From: an uncultured Candidatus Saccharibacteria bacterium
GTDB taxonomy: Bacteria > Patescibacteriota > Minisyncoccia > Phycocordibacterales > PALSA-1337
Direction of reading: 5' to 3'
Assembly (NCBI GenBank): GCA_964565685.1
Contig: CAZMFR010000004.1
Location: 5,077 to 69,076 of the forward strand
DNA: 64,000 nt
Shown here: piece after piece, positions 9,763-19,364 of the stretch
Layout of the letters: every line of letters begins with the position of its first letter
How positions within the stretch are numbered: position 1 is the first letter of the stretch
Made by a program: the position numbers and the translations under genes
The notes under the pieces: model-generated
Told to the model about the DNA's origin: nothing
Databases searched by the model: none
What the model saw: the letters and a program-made list of their open reading frames with translations, nothing else

Positions 9763-10422
9763 ATGATAAAGATACAGCCGATCGTACGAGACATAATGCT
9801 CGGGGATATAGAAGCTTATTATTCCCTGACGAACGGATACATGAACATGAGCGGCTATGCATACCAGATACGGCCAAAAGTAGAGCTTCTCGCAAAGAAA
9901 AAGACCACGATCGCCAGCTTGGTAGTCTCCCTATCCCGGCTGAGAAAAGAATTCAAGAAAGAAAAACCGCTCATACATAGCGTAGCAATAAAAAACATCA
10001 CCACAAAATTGCCTCTATCCGAGATCGCTTATGAAAAAAGCAATGATTTTATGATCAAACTAGAATCATTCCATGAGAATATCTCTGTTTCCGAGGAAGA
10101 TTTTTTCACCATAACAATGGGTGCCACAGAAGTAGACGTCATCTGCTCTTCCAATATAGAAAGCAAAGTATTGAAGCATTTCAAGATAAAGCCAAAGATC
10201 ACCAATCGCAATCTAGCGGCGATCGGGATATCCTTTGATCCTGAGGTCTTTAGCATACCCAATACTTTTTTCTCGCTCCTATCAGTGACTGCCCGCGCCA
10301 GAGTGAATATAGAAGAATTAGTGTCGACTCCCACAGAATTGATCTTCATCGTCGATGAAAAAGATTTCGGCAGGACGGTTGCGCTGTTTTCGGAGATGCA
10401 TAGAGAAGCAAATGCGAAATAA
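9763..10422 (+). CDS. hypothetical protein (possible ACT-like small-molecule-binding repeats)
   Basis: about 219 aa from the internal ATG; the track ORF starts at a TTG at 9721. Confidence 0.45.
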   Translation: MIKIQPIVRDIMLGDIEAYYSLTNGYMNMSGYAYQIRPKVELLAKKKTTIASLVVSLSRLRKEFKKEKPLIHSVAIKNITTKLPLSEIAYEKSNDFMIKLESFHENISVSEEDFFTITMGATEVDVICSSNIESKVLKHFKIKPKITNRNLAAIGISFDPEVFSIPNTFFSLLSVTARARVNIEELVSTPTELIFIVDEKDFGRTVALFSEMHREANAK

Positions 10423-10513
10423 ACATAAAACCCGCAAAGCGTTTCGCCCTGCGGATTTTACGTTCATAAGTTCCATTCATCACAATGTGAACAGAGACGA
10501 TTTTGGCTTTCAA

Positions 10514-10762
10514 TTACATCGCTGGAGCGGCTGGAGCGACACCTTTTTCACAGTTCTTGCATGTCTTCTTGTGAGTGAAGATGAGGACAAGAGCAGCGAC
10601 GCCTACGAGGACATAAACGAGATTCTCGAGCCATGACCATGAGCCAAGGAGCAAGTTAACGATATTCCAGTTTCCACCAAACCAACCGCCAAGACCCACA
10701 AGACCCCAGTTCAAGCCACCGATGGCTAAAAGGATGAAGGAAACAATGTGTGTTGCTTTCAT
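10514..10762 (-). CDS. DUF378-family small membrane protein
   Basis: motif LNWGLVGL with two transmembrane helices. Confidence 0.7.
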   Translation of the reverse strand: MKATHIVSFILLAIGGLNWGLVGLGGWFGGNWNIVNLLLGSWSWLENLVYVLVGVAALVLIFTHKKTCKNCEKGVAPAAPAM

Positions 10763-11187
10763 TTTTTTATTAAAAAATTATGCTGATAAATAAATCATTG
10801 ACCCGCATCAATTATACCACCATCAATCATACTGATAGTGCATAACTTGTGGAAATGCTTCAGTGAAATATGGCTAGTTTTGTGCCCAGAGCGAGACATG
10901 CCCCGAATTTGGGATCGAATTATTGATACACTGGCAACATTGAATACGCGAGGCGAGTTGCCCGATTTGTCGGCGCTCTCTGGTTTTCAGCATCGCTCGG
11001 ATGCAACCGATCCATTGGTGGATGGTCAGGATGATGGTATCGCAGTGGTGGAGTGAGTGAAGGGATGTCGACTTGCCAGAGACGACAAAATCACCAGTCA
11101 AGTTTTCAATAATTGGAGGCGTTGGATTGGCATTGCAAAAGACTGCCGGTTAGGTAAAATACTTATCAGTTTAGAAAGGAGCGCGTT

Positions 11188-11418
11188 ATGCCAAAACAAA
11201 TAGTGACCGGAAGAACCAGTCTTATCACGGTAATATTCAGGCTTGGCGTATTTTCCGAGTCGCAATTACTTGAAGAATATGCGCAAGTTGAAGGTTCATC
11301 AGCGGATTTGGAGATGGCGAAAGGTTATCTGTCCCAACTGCTTCAGGTTGGTATTTTGCGCCGGAAGGCCAATGGCGCCTTGTATGTACGAAAACCTGTT
11401 TCACTCACGCCCGATTAA
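11188..11418 (+). CDS. hypothetical small protein inside the decayed element
   Basis: AAAGGAG Shine-Dalgarno 7 nt upstream of the ATG; 76 aa. Confidence 0.35.
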   Translation: MPKQIVTGRTSLITVIFRLGVFSESQLLEEYAQVEGSSADLEMAKGYLSQLLQVGILRRKANGALYVRKPVSLTPD

Positions 11419-11489
11419 CAATCGGGCTTTTTTGTGGCGAATCACATTGACATTGCAACCCCATTTCTTTCAGACTGTCTCACAAATCC

Positions 11490-11723
11490 ATGACATCGTT
11501 TACAATCGCTCATATTTCAGATTTGCATTTTTCTAACGGAACGGCAAAGGATCCACCAGAAGGTCTTTCCCACTCCATTAGCCACTTGCAACAGATTCAG
11601 AGTCGGTTTCAAGGTCGCGACTTCGACAGAGTGATCGTCTCGGGAGACCTGACCGACCACGGCGATATTGAAAGTTTTATTCGAGTCAAGGAATGGCTTC
11701 ACAACGACGAAGTTGTATCTTAA
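11490..11723 (+). pseudogene. truncated calcineurin-like metallophosphoesterase (N-terminal fragment)
   Basis: motifs IAHISDLHF and VSGDLTDHG, then the frame ends after 77 aa. Confidence 0.4.
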
Positions 11724-12483
11724 ACGCATTGTAAAAGGTTTGTATAGCAGACCCTTTGTCCAAAGCATGGTAGGTTCGTCAGCGAAATCTTGTGACCGAA
11801 AGGATAAAACGCGCAGCTTCAACATCTACACTATCGAGATGACAGATGGAAATTACAGGTTGCATGTAAAGCGCTACACAATGATAGGCGAGGATGGACA
11901 GGTATTCCCTCATTGCAGAACAACAAAAAGGCCATGTGTATTACCGATGCCATACCAAGAATTGTCCCCAGTCCTGTGTGCGGGAGGAAACGATCAGCAC
12001 GGAAGTCTCGCGATTCTTCCAAAAAGTCCGGTATGACGACCGGGAACGGGAATATTACAAGTCCCGCATCTCGACGCTCAAGGCGACCTGGGCGGGCCGG
12101 CGGGAGGAGGAAACCAAAAGCCTCGATTTGAAGCAGAGCCAGATCAAAGACCGGCTCAACCGTTTGACCGATGCCTATCTCGACCAATCCTTGGACAAAT
12201 CCATGTTCGAGGAACGGAAGAAAAGCCTGCTGCTTGAACAGAAAGCCGTGGAGGAGAATCTGGCCAATGTGGCACGCAGCAACGGCTCATCGCCGGACAA
12301 GATTGAAATTTTCCTCGAATTGGCCGGTAATGCGTGGTTGAGCCATAAATTGGCAACTCCTGAAGATGCCCGTGAAATGCTCAACATTTTCACCTCGAAC
12401 CGGCAGGCGGAGGGGAAAAAGATATGTTTGAAGCCGTCAATCGCCTTTCAGGAGATCGTCAACCGGCCCAAAATTGATGGTTG
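11668..12483 (+). pseudogene. large serine recombinase, frameshifted C-terminal remnant
   Basis: recombinase-domain-like segment (ORF 11668..12036), then a frame switch into zinc-ribbon GHVYYRCHTKNC and a coiled-coil tail (ORF 11894..12544). That reading frame runs into tRNA-Arg. Confidence 0.5.
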
Positions 12484-12555
12484 TGCTCCCGGTAGGAATC
12501 GAACCTACATCAAGACCTTAGAAGAGTCCTGTTCTATCCATTGAACTACGGGAGC
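12484..12555 (-). tRNA. tRNA-Arg (TCT)
   Basis: hand fold: acceptor GCTCCCG/CGGGAGC, anticodon loop CTTCTAA. Confidence 0.8.
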
Positions 12556-12605
12556 GTATGTGGAGCACTATAGCAGAAGAAAAGAACGCCGCAATGGAGC
12601 TATGA

Positions 12606-12992
12606 CTATTGCGATGGATCGGGTGGGCCATCGTACCCCTTTAGAAGGGCAACCGATGACGAAGCTTTTGCAGAAAAACTGGCAACCAAATTGTCCATGC
12701 CCTTTTGGTCAAAATCATTGCGGCTAGGCGATGAGACGATTTGCTGAGGAGAAACGATTCTCCCAGATTGAACGAGAAAAAATAGCCGCCCAGCAAAAAC
12801 GATGAGAACTATGGCTATCGTGATGCTGATCGATGTGATCACAACCCAACCTACATAGGCGTCTTCGCCTAGACTCTCAAAGAAGGAGACGTGTTCAGAC
12901 GAATAGACCGGCTTGCTGGATTTCTTCCAATGTAGATATTTTTTTATATTCATGTTGATGATAGTACGGATATATCGATGACGGCTGTCCAT
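12606..12992 (-). CDS. hypothetical membrane protein, last gene of the pilM-N-O operon
   Basis: single transmembrane segment; overlaps the upstream gene, as in operons. Confidence 0.35.
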   Translation of the reverse strand: MDSRHRYIRTIINMNIKKYLHWKKSSKPVYSSEHVSFFESLGEDAYVGWVVITSISITIAIVLIVFAGRLFFLVQSGRIVSPQQIVSSPSRNDFDQKGMDNLVASFSAKASSSVALLKGYDGPPDPSQ

Positions 12993-13498
12993 CTCGAAGC
13001 GGATTTTGCCGATGAGTTTCCACCGGACAGAACGTCTAGATTGATGCTCCCTACAGAAATGGCATATGGCATATTTTCGACCATCTGGATGGCACGCATG
13101 ACATTGCCCCAGGAGCCGACTACTGATATATCCGCAGTGACGACTGGAACAGACGAATTGCCGCCAGTTCCTGAGGAAAGCGATGAAATCGAGATCTTTG
13201 CATCAGTGGCAGGACCGATAGCTTCGACCGCGTCAATAAACGGCACCGCATCATTAGCAGAGATCAGAAACGACGGCAGCAGCTCCCTATCAGCTACAGT
13301 ATTATCGTATGTAGTCTCCATATTTTTTGCTTGGAGGGATTGTTCGGCAGCAGCGGCAGCTTCCGCTTTCACAATAGATTCGTCCTGTGCTTCTTTGACA
13401 GTATCGATATACATAAAAGCATAGGCCGAGCTGGCGGCAAAAATGGCCAAAACAGACAGAGTGAGAAGCAGATAATGTTGTGAACGGAGTTTTCTCAT
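12950..13498 (-). CDS. PilO-like type IV pilus assembly protein
   Basis: N-terminal transmembrane segment, coiled-coil region, periplasmic domain, and position after pilN. Confidence 0.5.
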   Translation of the reverse strand: MRKLRSQHYLLLTLSVLAIFAASSAYAFMYIDTVKEAQDESIVKAEAAAAAEQSLQAKNMETTYDNTVADRELLPSFLISANDAVPFIDAVEAIGPATDAKISISSLSSGTGGNSSVPVVTADISVVGSWGNVMRAIQMVENMPYAISVGSINLDVLSGGNSSAKSASRWTAVIDISVLSST

Positions 13499-13503
13499 GG
13501 TAT

Positions 13504-14052
13504 TTATGGTGCCGCCGGCAAAGAATACGACATCTGCATGGAAAACTGGATATCGATAGCTGATGCAAGATCGGAAATCGGCACATCCACGCCGGAAAAA
13601 TCCTTATCCCCTTGGATGATATTCCTAAATGTCACTAGGTCGTCTCGAGTGAGAGCCGTGCCTTGGATAGTAATAGTCAAATGACCAGAACCGTCGTTGG
13701 AAACATCTAATGAATCGATCGAAATGCCTTTTGGCCGGAGGTCAGCTATATGCATAATGACCGGAGAAATTGCAGGAGAAACAAAAGACGAGATAGACGA
13801 GACGAGAGACCCAGCGGATGACAAGCCGGCCTTTATGACAGCTGTGCCGGTGGCAATGCTATTTTCGGCAGATTGTGCATTGACCGCGGCAGAGTTTTCC
13901 GCCAAACTGGATATGAGGTATGAAGGGAAAAGAAAAACCGCAGATATGATAATGGCTAACGAGACAAAGAAAAGAAACACGACAAAAAATCTGGCGCGAT
14001 ACTCGGCTTTTAACGCTTTGACGGTTTTTGGAGGAAGAAGAGCGTGGTACAT
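13504..14052 (-). CDS. PilN-like type IV pilus assembly protein
   Basis: N-terminal LLP motif followed by a transmembrane helix; position after pilM. Confidence 0.55.
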   Translation of the reverse strand: MYHALLPPKTVKALKAEYRARFFVVFLFFVSLAIIISAVFLFPSYLISSLAENSAAVNAQSAENSIATGTAVIKAGLSSAGSLVSSISSFVSPAISPVIMHIADLRPKGISIDSLDVSNDGSGHLTITIQGTALTRDDLVTFRNIIQGDKDFSGVDVPISDLASAIDIQFSMQMSYSLPAAP

Positions 14053-14061
14053 GGTTTTGAT

Positions 14062-15024
14062 TTAACGGCGTTTCGGCAAGGCGAGACCGGCCGCCACAGC
14101 ATATTGAAGAGACTCGTCTTGTGAAATCGGGGGAATATAGGCATCATAAGAAAAGGCGTTAACCCATACATCTGCTACGCGTATATTTAGCAGAGGATCC
14201 TTGGATCCAGCTAGCGCCGCGGATATTCTGCTAGCATGGTGGCCGCAGAGTATGATCTCGCTCACCCCGTCACCCTGACCATGCTCTCCCCAATATCCGT
14301 AAACTTTGCTCATCTCTGAATGAATGGGCTCGATATCTGATTCGTGTATGGTGTCTTGAGAATTCCATGGTACGGTCGAAGTGAATAGCACGACGCCTTC
14401 GTCCACTATATAAAAGCCGGCTTTCCCATCCATGAGGTGAATGATCAATTTTGTGTCTGTGTCAGTCGACGGCACGATGGCACGCGCTAAAGATTTCGGC
14501 AACACTTCGAACGATATCGGCAAAAGCCCGGCTGATTCGAGTATGAACAGATATTCTTCGACAAATTTCCTCGGAGCGACCGAGACAGAGGCCGTGTGTT
14601 CGCCTTTTGGCAAGAGATCTCTGATTAGATCGAAATAAAATACCGCATCATCTGGCGGCAACGGCACATTTTCATCCAAGCGCAAGGATATGTTCTCGTG
14701 TATCTCGGCGGCTGTGCCATCCGGCACTTCTGTCTTGAAAAGATACACTCTCTCCTCTGGCAGAGACGCTTTTACATAGGTTACCTTTAATTCATCGGCT
14801 AGGGATTTTACGACATCGATCAGAGCTTTTTGGTCACGGATAATACCGTTCTCTACCACGCCTTTTGCCAGCGGTCTCGAACCAAAACGATCTATTTTCA
14901 ACCCGCGATGCGCGTGACGATACATCAATACATGCACAGACGAGTCGGAAATATCGATGCCGGCACAAGGCATTTCCAAGAATTTCGGCGGAGGAAAAAG
15001 CTTAAAGAAGGTAGACGTCTTCAT
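14062..15024 (-). CDS. pilM: type IV pilus assembly protein PilM (actin-like ATPase fold)
   Basis: GIDISDSSVHV N-terminal phosphate-1-like motif, about 320 aa. Confidence 0.65.
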   Translation of the reverse strand: MKTSTFFKLFPPPKFLEMPCAGIDISDSSVHVLMYRHAHRGLKIDRFGSRPLAKGVVENGIIRDQKALIDVVKSLADELKVTYVKASLPEERVYLFKTEVPDGTAAEIHENISLRLDENVPLPPDDAVFYFDLIRDLLPKGEHTASVSVAPRKFVEEYLFILESAGLLPISFEVLPKSLARAIVPSTDTDTKLIIHLMDGKAGFYIVDEGVVLFTSTVPWNSQDTIHESDIEPIHSEMSKVYGYWGEHGQGDGVSEIILCGHHASRISAALAGSKDPLLNIRVADVWVNAFSYDAYIPPISQDESLQYAVAAGLALPKRR

Positions 15025-15156
15025 TGGCTATATTGTAGCAAGTAAAGGTAAAATCCAAAAGGCCGTGCCTGACCGTGTCTGTCTATGGGTAAGCGGCAGA
15101 TATGTAAAAACAAAAGCGCGAGAACTCCTAATTGGAAGCATTATTCTACTTTGATT

Positions 15157-15768
15157 TTAATGCTTCTTTCTTGATCTAATATATTCATTTGTTGGCGGAA
15201 CAAGCGAGACGATTATGATTAGAACAACGATCGGCGTGATATACGAGTCTGCATTCGGCATGATCGCACCGAGCATGAAACCCAGAGCGGAAACGCCTAC
15301 AGACCATACAAAACCGCCGACGATGTTGTATGAGATAAAATCCTTGTAGCTCATATTCCCTACTCCAGCCAAAATCGGCGCAAAAGTGCGGATGATCGGA
15401 ATGAAACGAGCGAGGATTATGGCTTTCTTGCCATATTTTTCATAAAAATGCTCGGATCGAACGATGTGTTTCTTGTTGAAGAAGAACGAGTCATCTTTTG
15501 TAAAGATCCTAGGACCGATCTTCTTGCCAAAAGCATAGCCGATGCTGTCACCCAAGACCGCTGCGACAAACGCGCCAATAAAAAGCCATGTCGGAGACAG
15601 AAATCCTTGCGAAGCCAGAAACCCGGCAGTGAATAGGAGCGAATCTCCCGGAAAAAAGAAGCCGAAGAAGAGCCCAGACTCGGCAAATACGATGAATATA
15701 ACGCCGATAAGTCCAAGGGCTTTTATTATGACGATGGGATCAAAGAGAACATGGATGGTTTGGATCAT
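15157..15768 (-). CDS. DedA/VTT-family membrane protein
   Basis: motifs GFFFPGDSLLFTAGFLA and LARFIPIIRTFAPILAG. Confidence 0.85.
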   Translation of the reverse strand: MIQTIHVLFDPIVIIKALGLIGVIFIVFAESGLFFGFFFPGDSLLFTAGFLASQGFLSPTWLFIGAFVAAVLGDSIGYAFGKKIGPRIFTKDDSFFFNKKHIVRSEHFYEKYGKKAIILARFIPIIRTFAPILAGVGNMSYKDFISYNIVGGFVWSVGVSALGFMLGAIMPNADSYITPIVVLIIIVSLVPPTNEYIRSRKKH

Positions 15769-15774
15769 AAAAAA

Positions 15775-16227
15775 TTATGCCGCTTGCGTCCCTGGTACGA
15801 TCGATTGATTCGGCTCGAGCAAAGAAAAGTTTCCCGCTCCATCTGAAACTGCAAACAGCATTCCGTTAGATTGGAATCCCTTGATCGTTCGCGGCTCGAG
15901 ATTGGTCACGAACATGCATGTTTTGCCGACGAGGACTGCAGGATCCGGGAAATAAGCAAAAATACCGGAGACGATCTGACGTGGCGCAGGCACAAATGTC
16001 TTTTCGATCGGTTTTACAGACGCATCCTGGCTGACGACAGATGCAGTGGTTACTGTGGTTTGTGCAGAAGAAGACAGACCGATTTCTGAGGATACTTCCT
16101 TCTTCTCGCCAAAATCTACCAGAAGCTTCAGAAGCTTGTCTGTATTCGGAATTTTTTCTGCCGAAAGTATCTTCCCGGCTTTTATCTCTACTTTTTTGAA
16201 GTCTTCATAAGTGATCATTAAATACAT
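15775..16227 (-). CDS. tRNA-binding (CsaA/EMAP-like OB-fold) protein with an internal Ser/Thr-rich insertion
   Basis: EDFKKVEIKAGKIL ... LVGKTCMFVTNLEPRTIKG; the start may be Met 4. Confidence 0.7.
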   Translation of the reverse strand: MYLMITYEDFKKVEIKAGKILSAEKIPNTDKLLKLLVDFGEKKEVSSEIGLSSSAQTTVTTASVVSQDASVKPIEKTFVPAPRQIVSGIFAYFPDPAVLVGKTCMFVTNLEPRTIKGFQSNGMLFAVSDGAGNFSLLEPNQSIVPGTQAA

Positions 16228-16306
16228 AATACAAGAAAAATTTCATAATAACCAGTTGCTCATGCGAGCGGTCGGTGACCATGGCATTCCTTTACACAGT
16301 ATATTT

Positions 16307-16324
16307 ACAATGTATGTACGTTGT
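16307..16324. promoter_or_regulatory. palindrome ACAATGTATGTACGTTGT (one mismatch) upstream of the tRNA-binding protein gene
   Basis: read directly from the sequence; same motif family as 5655 and 6268. Confidence 0.35.
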
Positions 16325-16416
16325 AGATATCGGCTAAAAACAAGCGCACCGCCAGTGAAGGCACACCGGTTCTGTGTGTGGTTCTTTCTGGTCATTGCTC
16401 ATTTCGACAAAATCGT

Positions 16417-16830
16417 TTATTCCGACAAACGAGAGTCGGCGTGGCCGTTTTTTTGTTCTTCCCTATCCAAAAAGCTTTGCAGTATGAGCGCCGCTGCAGA
16501 GGCATCGTGGAGCGCATTCTTGCCCTGGAATCTCTGCGCCGCAAAACTGGTCATGAATTCCGGTTCCATGATCACCTCAACCCCAATGGCTTCAAGCTCT
16601 TTTTTGAACGGCGCTATCTTTTCCATGATCAGATTATCGTTGCCTTTGTAATCTTTTGAGTCGCCGACGACGATCGTCGTCACATCGTTTTCTTTTACTA
16701 GAATGGAAATCTTTTCAACAAGCTTGCCATCATTAGCCAGCACTTCTCTTGGCAGAGCAAAACGGCCATTCTCGTCCGAAACGGCTATGCCTACGCGTTT
16801 CTTGCCATAATCGATGCCGATGTATTTCAT
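16417..16830 (-). CDS. ruvX: Holliday junction resolvase-like protein RuvX/YqgF
   Basis: N-terminal IGIDYGKKRVGIAVSD motif. Confidence 0.85.
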   Translation of the reverse strand: MKYIGIDYGKKRVGIAVSDENGRFALPREVLANDGKLVEKISILVKENDVTTIVVGDSKDYKGNDNLIMEKIAPFKKELEAIGVEVIMEPEFMTSFAAQRFQGKNALHDASAAALILQSFLDREEQKNGHADSRLSE

Positions 16831-16920
16831 TGGCGGATGGGGTGAGATTCGAACTCACGGTCCCCTTACGGGGACGACAGTTTTCAAGACTGTTCCATTA
16901 GACCACTCTGGCACCCATCC
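16831..16920 (-). tRNA. tRNA-Ser (TGA)
   Basis: hand fold: acceptor GGATGGG/CCCATCC, anticodon loop CTTGAAA, long variable arm, CCA encoded. Confidence 0.8.
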
Positions 16921-17400
16921 GTGCGCTTGATAATGGCATTTTTTTTACGGATTTTCAATGCCATCGAAAAATTAAAAAGAAGAAAGCCCTCGTGAAATTT
17001 TTTGTGCTCACGAGGGCTTGGATGGCGCGATGCTAGACCGTTGATTGTCTCTGAACCATCTGGCGAGCTTGTAAACCGTCGGATGAGATGGTAGCGGCGA
17101 GCGTTCTCTCTCATCTTTCAACTCGACTCGCGCAGAGATGATTTTTACCTCTCTCAAGACATCTTCATGATCAATCGGAGCATCCTGATTGATCGAGAAT
17201 AAGTTTAGGTCGCTACCGATCTGCATCTTGAAATAGCCCTCTGTTTTTGATTCGACGAGCCCAGACTCGCCGCCGCCACTCAATAGGATATCCATAACTT
17301 TCCTTTCTCTTTATCAAAGAATCGTGCATTATCGGCCAACGATAGGCAATGTGCACAACTTTTACTGCAAAGCTAGCACAAAAGTAGTATAATTTCAAGC

Positions 17401-17862
17401 ATGGAACCTATCATCTCTTGGGATGCACCAGAACGGTATAATACGGAAAAAAACTCCGATTGGTATTGGGCTGTCGGCATCATTTCGTTCACCGCGGCAG
17501 CCCTGGCTTTTATGTTCGGTCAAGTGATATTCGGCATATTGATCGTCGTATCGGCTGTAGCTCTGACCCTCCACGCATCTGTTGCACCGCGCACGATTCA
17601 TGTGGAGATAAACGACCGCGGTTTGATTCTCGACAAGACTCTGTATCCGTTTCTTCACCTCGAATCTTTTTGGATAGATCCTCATGGTTATCCGTCAAAG
17701 ATCATCCTGAAGTCACAAAAAAATTTCATGCCGTTCATAAACATACACATCGCCGAAGACCTCGATCCGGAAATCGTCAGACAAGTCCTGTTAAAGTACA
17801 TCGCTGAAACCGAGCACGAGGAACCATTGACGGTGAAGATCATGGAACGATTGGGGTTCTGA
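17401..17862 (+). CDS. hypothetical membrane protein
   Basis: 153 aa with two transmembrane helices. Confidence 0.45.
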   Translation: MEPIISWDAPERYNTEKNSDWYWAVGIISFTAAALAFMFGQVIFGILIVVSAVALTLHASVAPRTIHVEINDRGLILDKTLYPFLHLESFWIDPHGYPSKIILKSQKNFMPFINIHIAEDLDPEIVRQVLLKYIAETEHEEPLTVKIMERLGF

Positions 17863-17873
17863 TCGCACTATCG

Positions 17874-17910
17874 GTCACACAATGTCCTTTGTCGGATGGG
17901 TCTATGCAGG
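17874..17910. repeat. 37-bp direct repeat copy A (GTCACACAATGTCCTTTGTCGGATGGGTCTATGCAGG)
   Basis: 36 of 37 identical to copy B at 18641; the two copies flank ORF 17962..18561. Confidence 0.8.
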
Positions 17911-17961
17911 CATTCGGGCAGCGTTTCCTGACGACGAATTAATTCTTATTCCGAAATAATA

Positions 17962-18561
17962 ATGAGTAAAACATATCTTTTCTATGCCACAAGAGATGAT
18001 CTTCTCGTAGTCACTGGGAAAATTGAATCTATTGTAGCGATCAAATATGTGCGTTTTGGCAATATTGCAAGATCGCCAGAGTGTTTTAGTATGGCGACGG
18101 AAATTCCAAACTTAGGGATAGCGTCTCATCCATCGGCAGTCGCCTGCGACAAATATCTAATAATAGTCAAACCTAGAGGACTTAAGGCAGTAGTTAATCT
18201 TGAAAGCATTAGTAAGAATTCAATTGTAAGTCATGAGATTGCGGCAGGTAAAGCCACTTTGAAAAAGCCCGCTGGGACGGATCGCTTCATTATAGACCAG
18301 CTACTCAATCCCGATACAATTACATTTACCGTTGGTGGGTTATGGAACAATGAAATTCTTTTACACGGAAGTGTCGGCACAGCCTCACAATCCAAATCTT
18401 CACAAATGCTAATGAGAGTGTTCCACGATGCTTTGAATAAACAGTTCGTTAAGGTAAGGGCTTTTTATGTCGGCCCACAAGCGCTTGAACTTCTGAAAAA
18501 TGGAAAGCGATTGACAATTTCTGCACAATCACCACAACAATTTGATCTTAAACCTTTATGA
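17962..18561 (+). CDS. hypothetical protein bracketed by 37-bp direct repeats
   Basis: 199-aa ORF; no family recognised. Confidence 0.45.
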   Translation: MSKTYLFYATRDDLLVVTGKIESIVAIKYVRFGNIARSPECFSMATEIPNLGIASHPSAVACDKYLIIVKPRGLKAVVNLESISKNSIVSHEIAAGKATLKKPAGTDRFIIDQLLNPDTITFTVGGLWNNEILLHGSVGTASQSKSSQMLMRVFHDALNKQFVKVRAFYVGPQALELLKNGKRLTISAQSPQQFDLKPL

Positions 18562-18640
18562 AGGCGTTTTCCAAACTGCTATTGCTGACTCTGGCTTGCT
18601 ATTCGATTTCACTTCATTCCGCCACGTTCACTTATTCCTA

Positions 18641-18677
18641 GTCACACAATGTCCTTTGTCGGGTGGGTCTATGCAGG
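18641..18677. repeat. 37-bp direct repeat copy B
   Basis: see copy A. Confidence 0.8.
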
Positions 18678-18747
18678 TGTGTAGCAATCTTACATATCGC
18701 GCAACCATTACCGAGGGAACGACTCCAGTTTAGTTTCTAATAACGAA

Positions 18748-18784
18748 GAGCCCGGATGCGTTTGCCGCACCCGGGCTGTTTTTT
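18748..18784 (+). terminator. rho-independent terminator (stem AGCCCGG/CCGGGCT plus TTTTTT)
   Basis: read directly from the sequence; lies downstream of repeat copy B. Confidence 0.55.
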
Positions 18785-19005
18785 CTTCCACAGAATGCCC
18801 ACATTTCGTAGGGTGGCCTAGAGCGAACAGGTCGTTTCAAGCCGTCGCTTTGGGAAAAGTCACGCCGGACAAGGAGCCGGTCATTTTGTGGAAAATCTTT
18901 TTTGCGTAGAGCACGATTTTTAGATCGTTCGTATTGAACCTAATATACAACACAATTTACATTTGTCCAACGTCATCCGCACCTAATGGTAGCATTTCCT
19001 ATGTC

Positions 19006-19020
19006 GTCACACAATGTCCT
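19006..19020. repeat. third, partial copy (15 bp) of the 37-bp repeat
   Basis: GTCACACAATGTCCT is identical to the first 15 bp of copies A and B. Confidence 0.6.
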
Positions 19021-19097
19021 GATCTCCTCCTGTATCGGCATCCCTGCAATGCCTTCAGTAAAGCATGATCTGCACATAGTGACATACGGAAGGTAGT

Positions 19098-19364
19098 TCA
19101 TACTATCGACAGATTGAAGACGGTTCGATTGGCAAGACGGTGGTCGCATCGAACGCCTTGTACTTCGACTCCTTGCCCCATGAAGTTACTGGTCAAGCTG
19201 TGGATCTGATTCTCGATGATCTTTTTCATATCGTATTCCTTGATGATCTTTTTCATATCGTATTCCTTGCCGTTCCAATTTGCCTTGCGATAGAGGTGAT
19301 ACATGACTGTCTTGACGACGAGTGCCTTGCTTTCGGCGGAAAGCTGATATCGTCCCTTCCCCAC
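19098..19364 (-). CDS. hypothetical protein or gene fragment containing a 27-bp in-frame tandem duplication
   Basis: encodes KEYDMKKII twice. Confidence 0.3.
   Translation of the reverse strand: MGKGRYQLSAESKALVVKTVMYHLYRKANWNGKEYDMKKIIKEYDMKKIIENQIHSLTSNFMGQGVEVQGVRCDHRLANRTVFNLSIV
19215..19268. repeat. 27-bp perfect tandem repeat, two copies
   Basis: GATGATCTTTTTCATATCGTATTCCTT twice in a row. Confidence 0.85.

Noticed and set aside
11894-12544. Track ORF presented as an intact 216-aa protein
   Set aside because: Its last 60 nt read through tRNA-Arg(TCT), and the N-terminal recombinase domain is in another frame. It is treated as part of a recombinase pseudogene.
16437-16454. Small CGGC-GTG-GCCG hairpin plus T7 run on the plus strand upstream of ruvX, considered as the terminator of a short plus-strand sRNA starting near the 16307 palindrome
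   Set aside because: The stem is only 4 bp and there is no supporting promoter. This is too weak to call.
16211-16651. Plus-strand ORFs overlapping ruvX and other antisense 'shadow' ORFs (for example 825..1217, 2882..3217, 27260..27657, 53280..54248, 55955..56415)
   Set aside because: These lie antisense to strongly supported genes or cut across them, and have low-complexity or odd composition. They are judged spurious.
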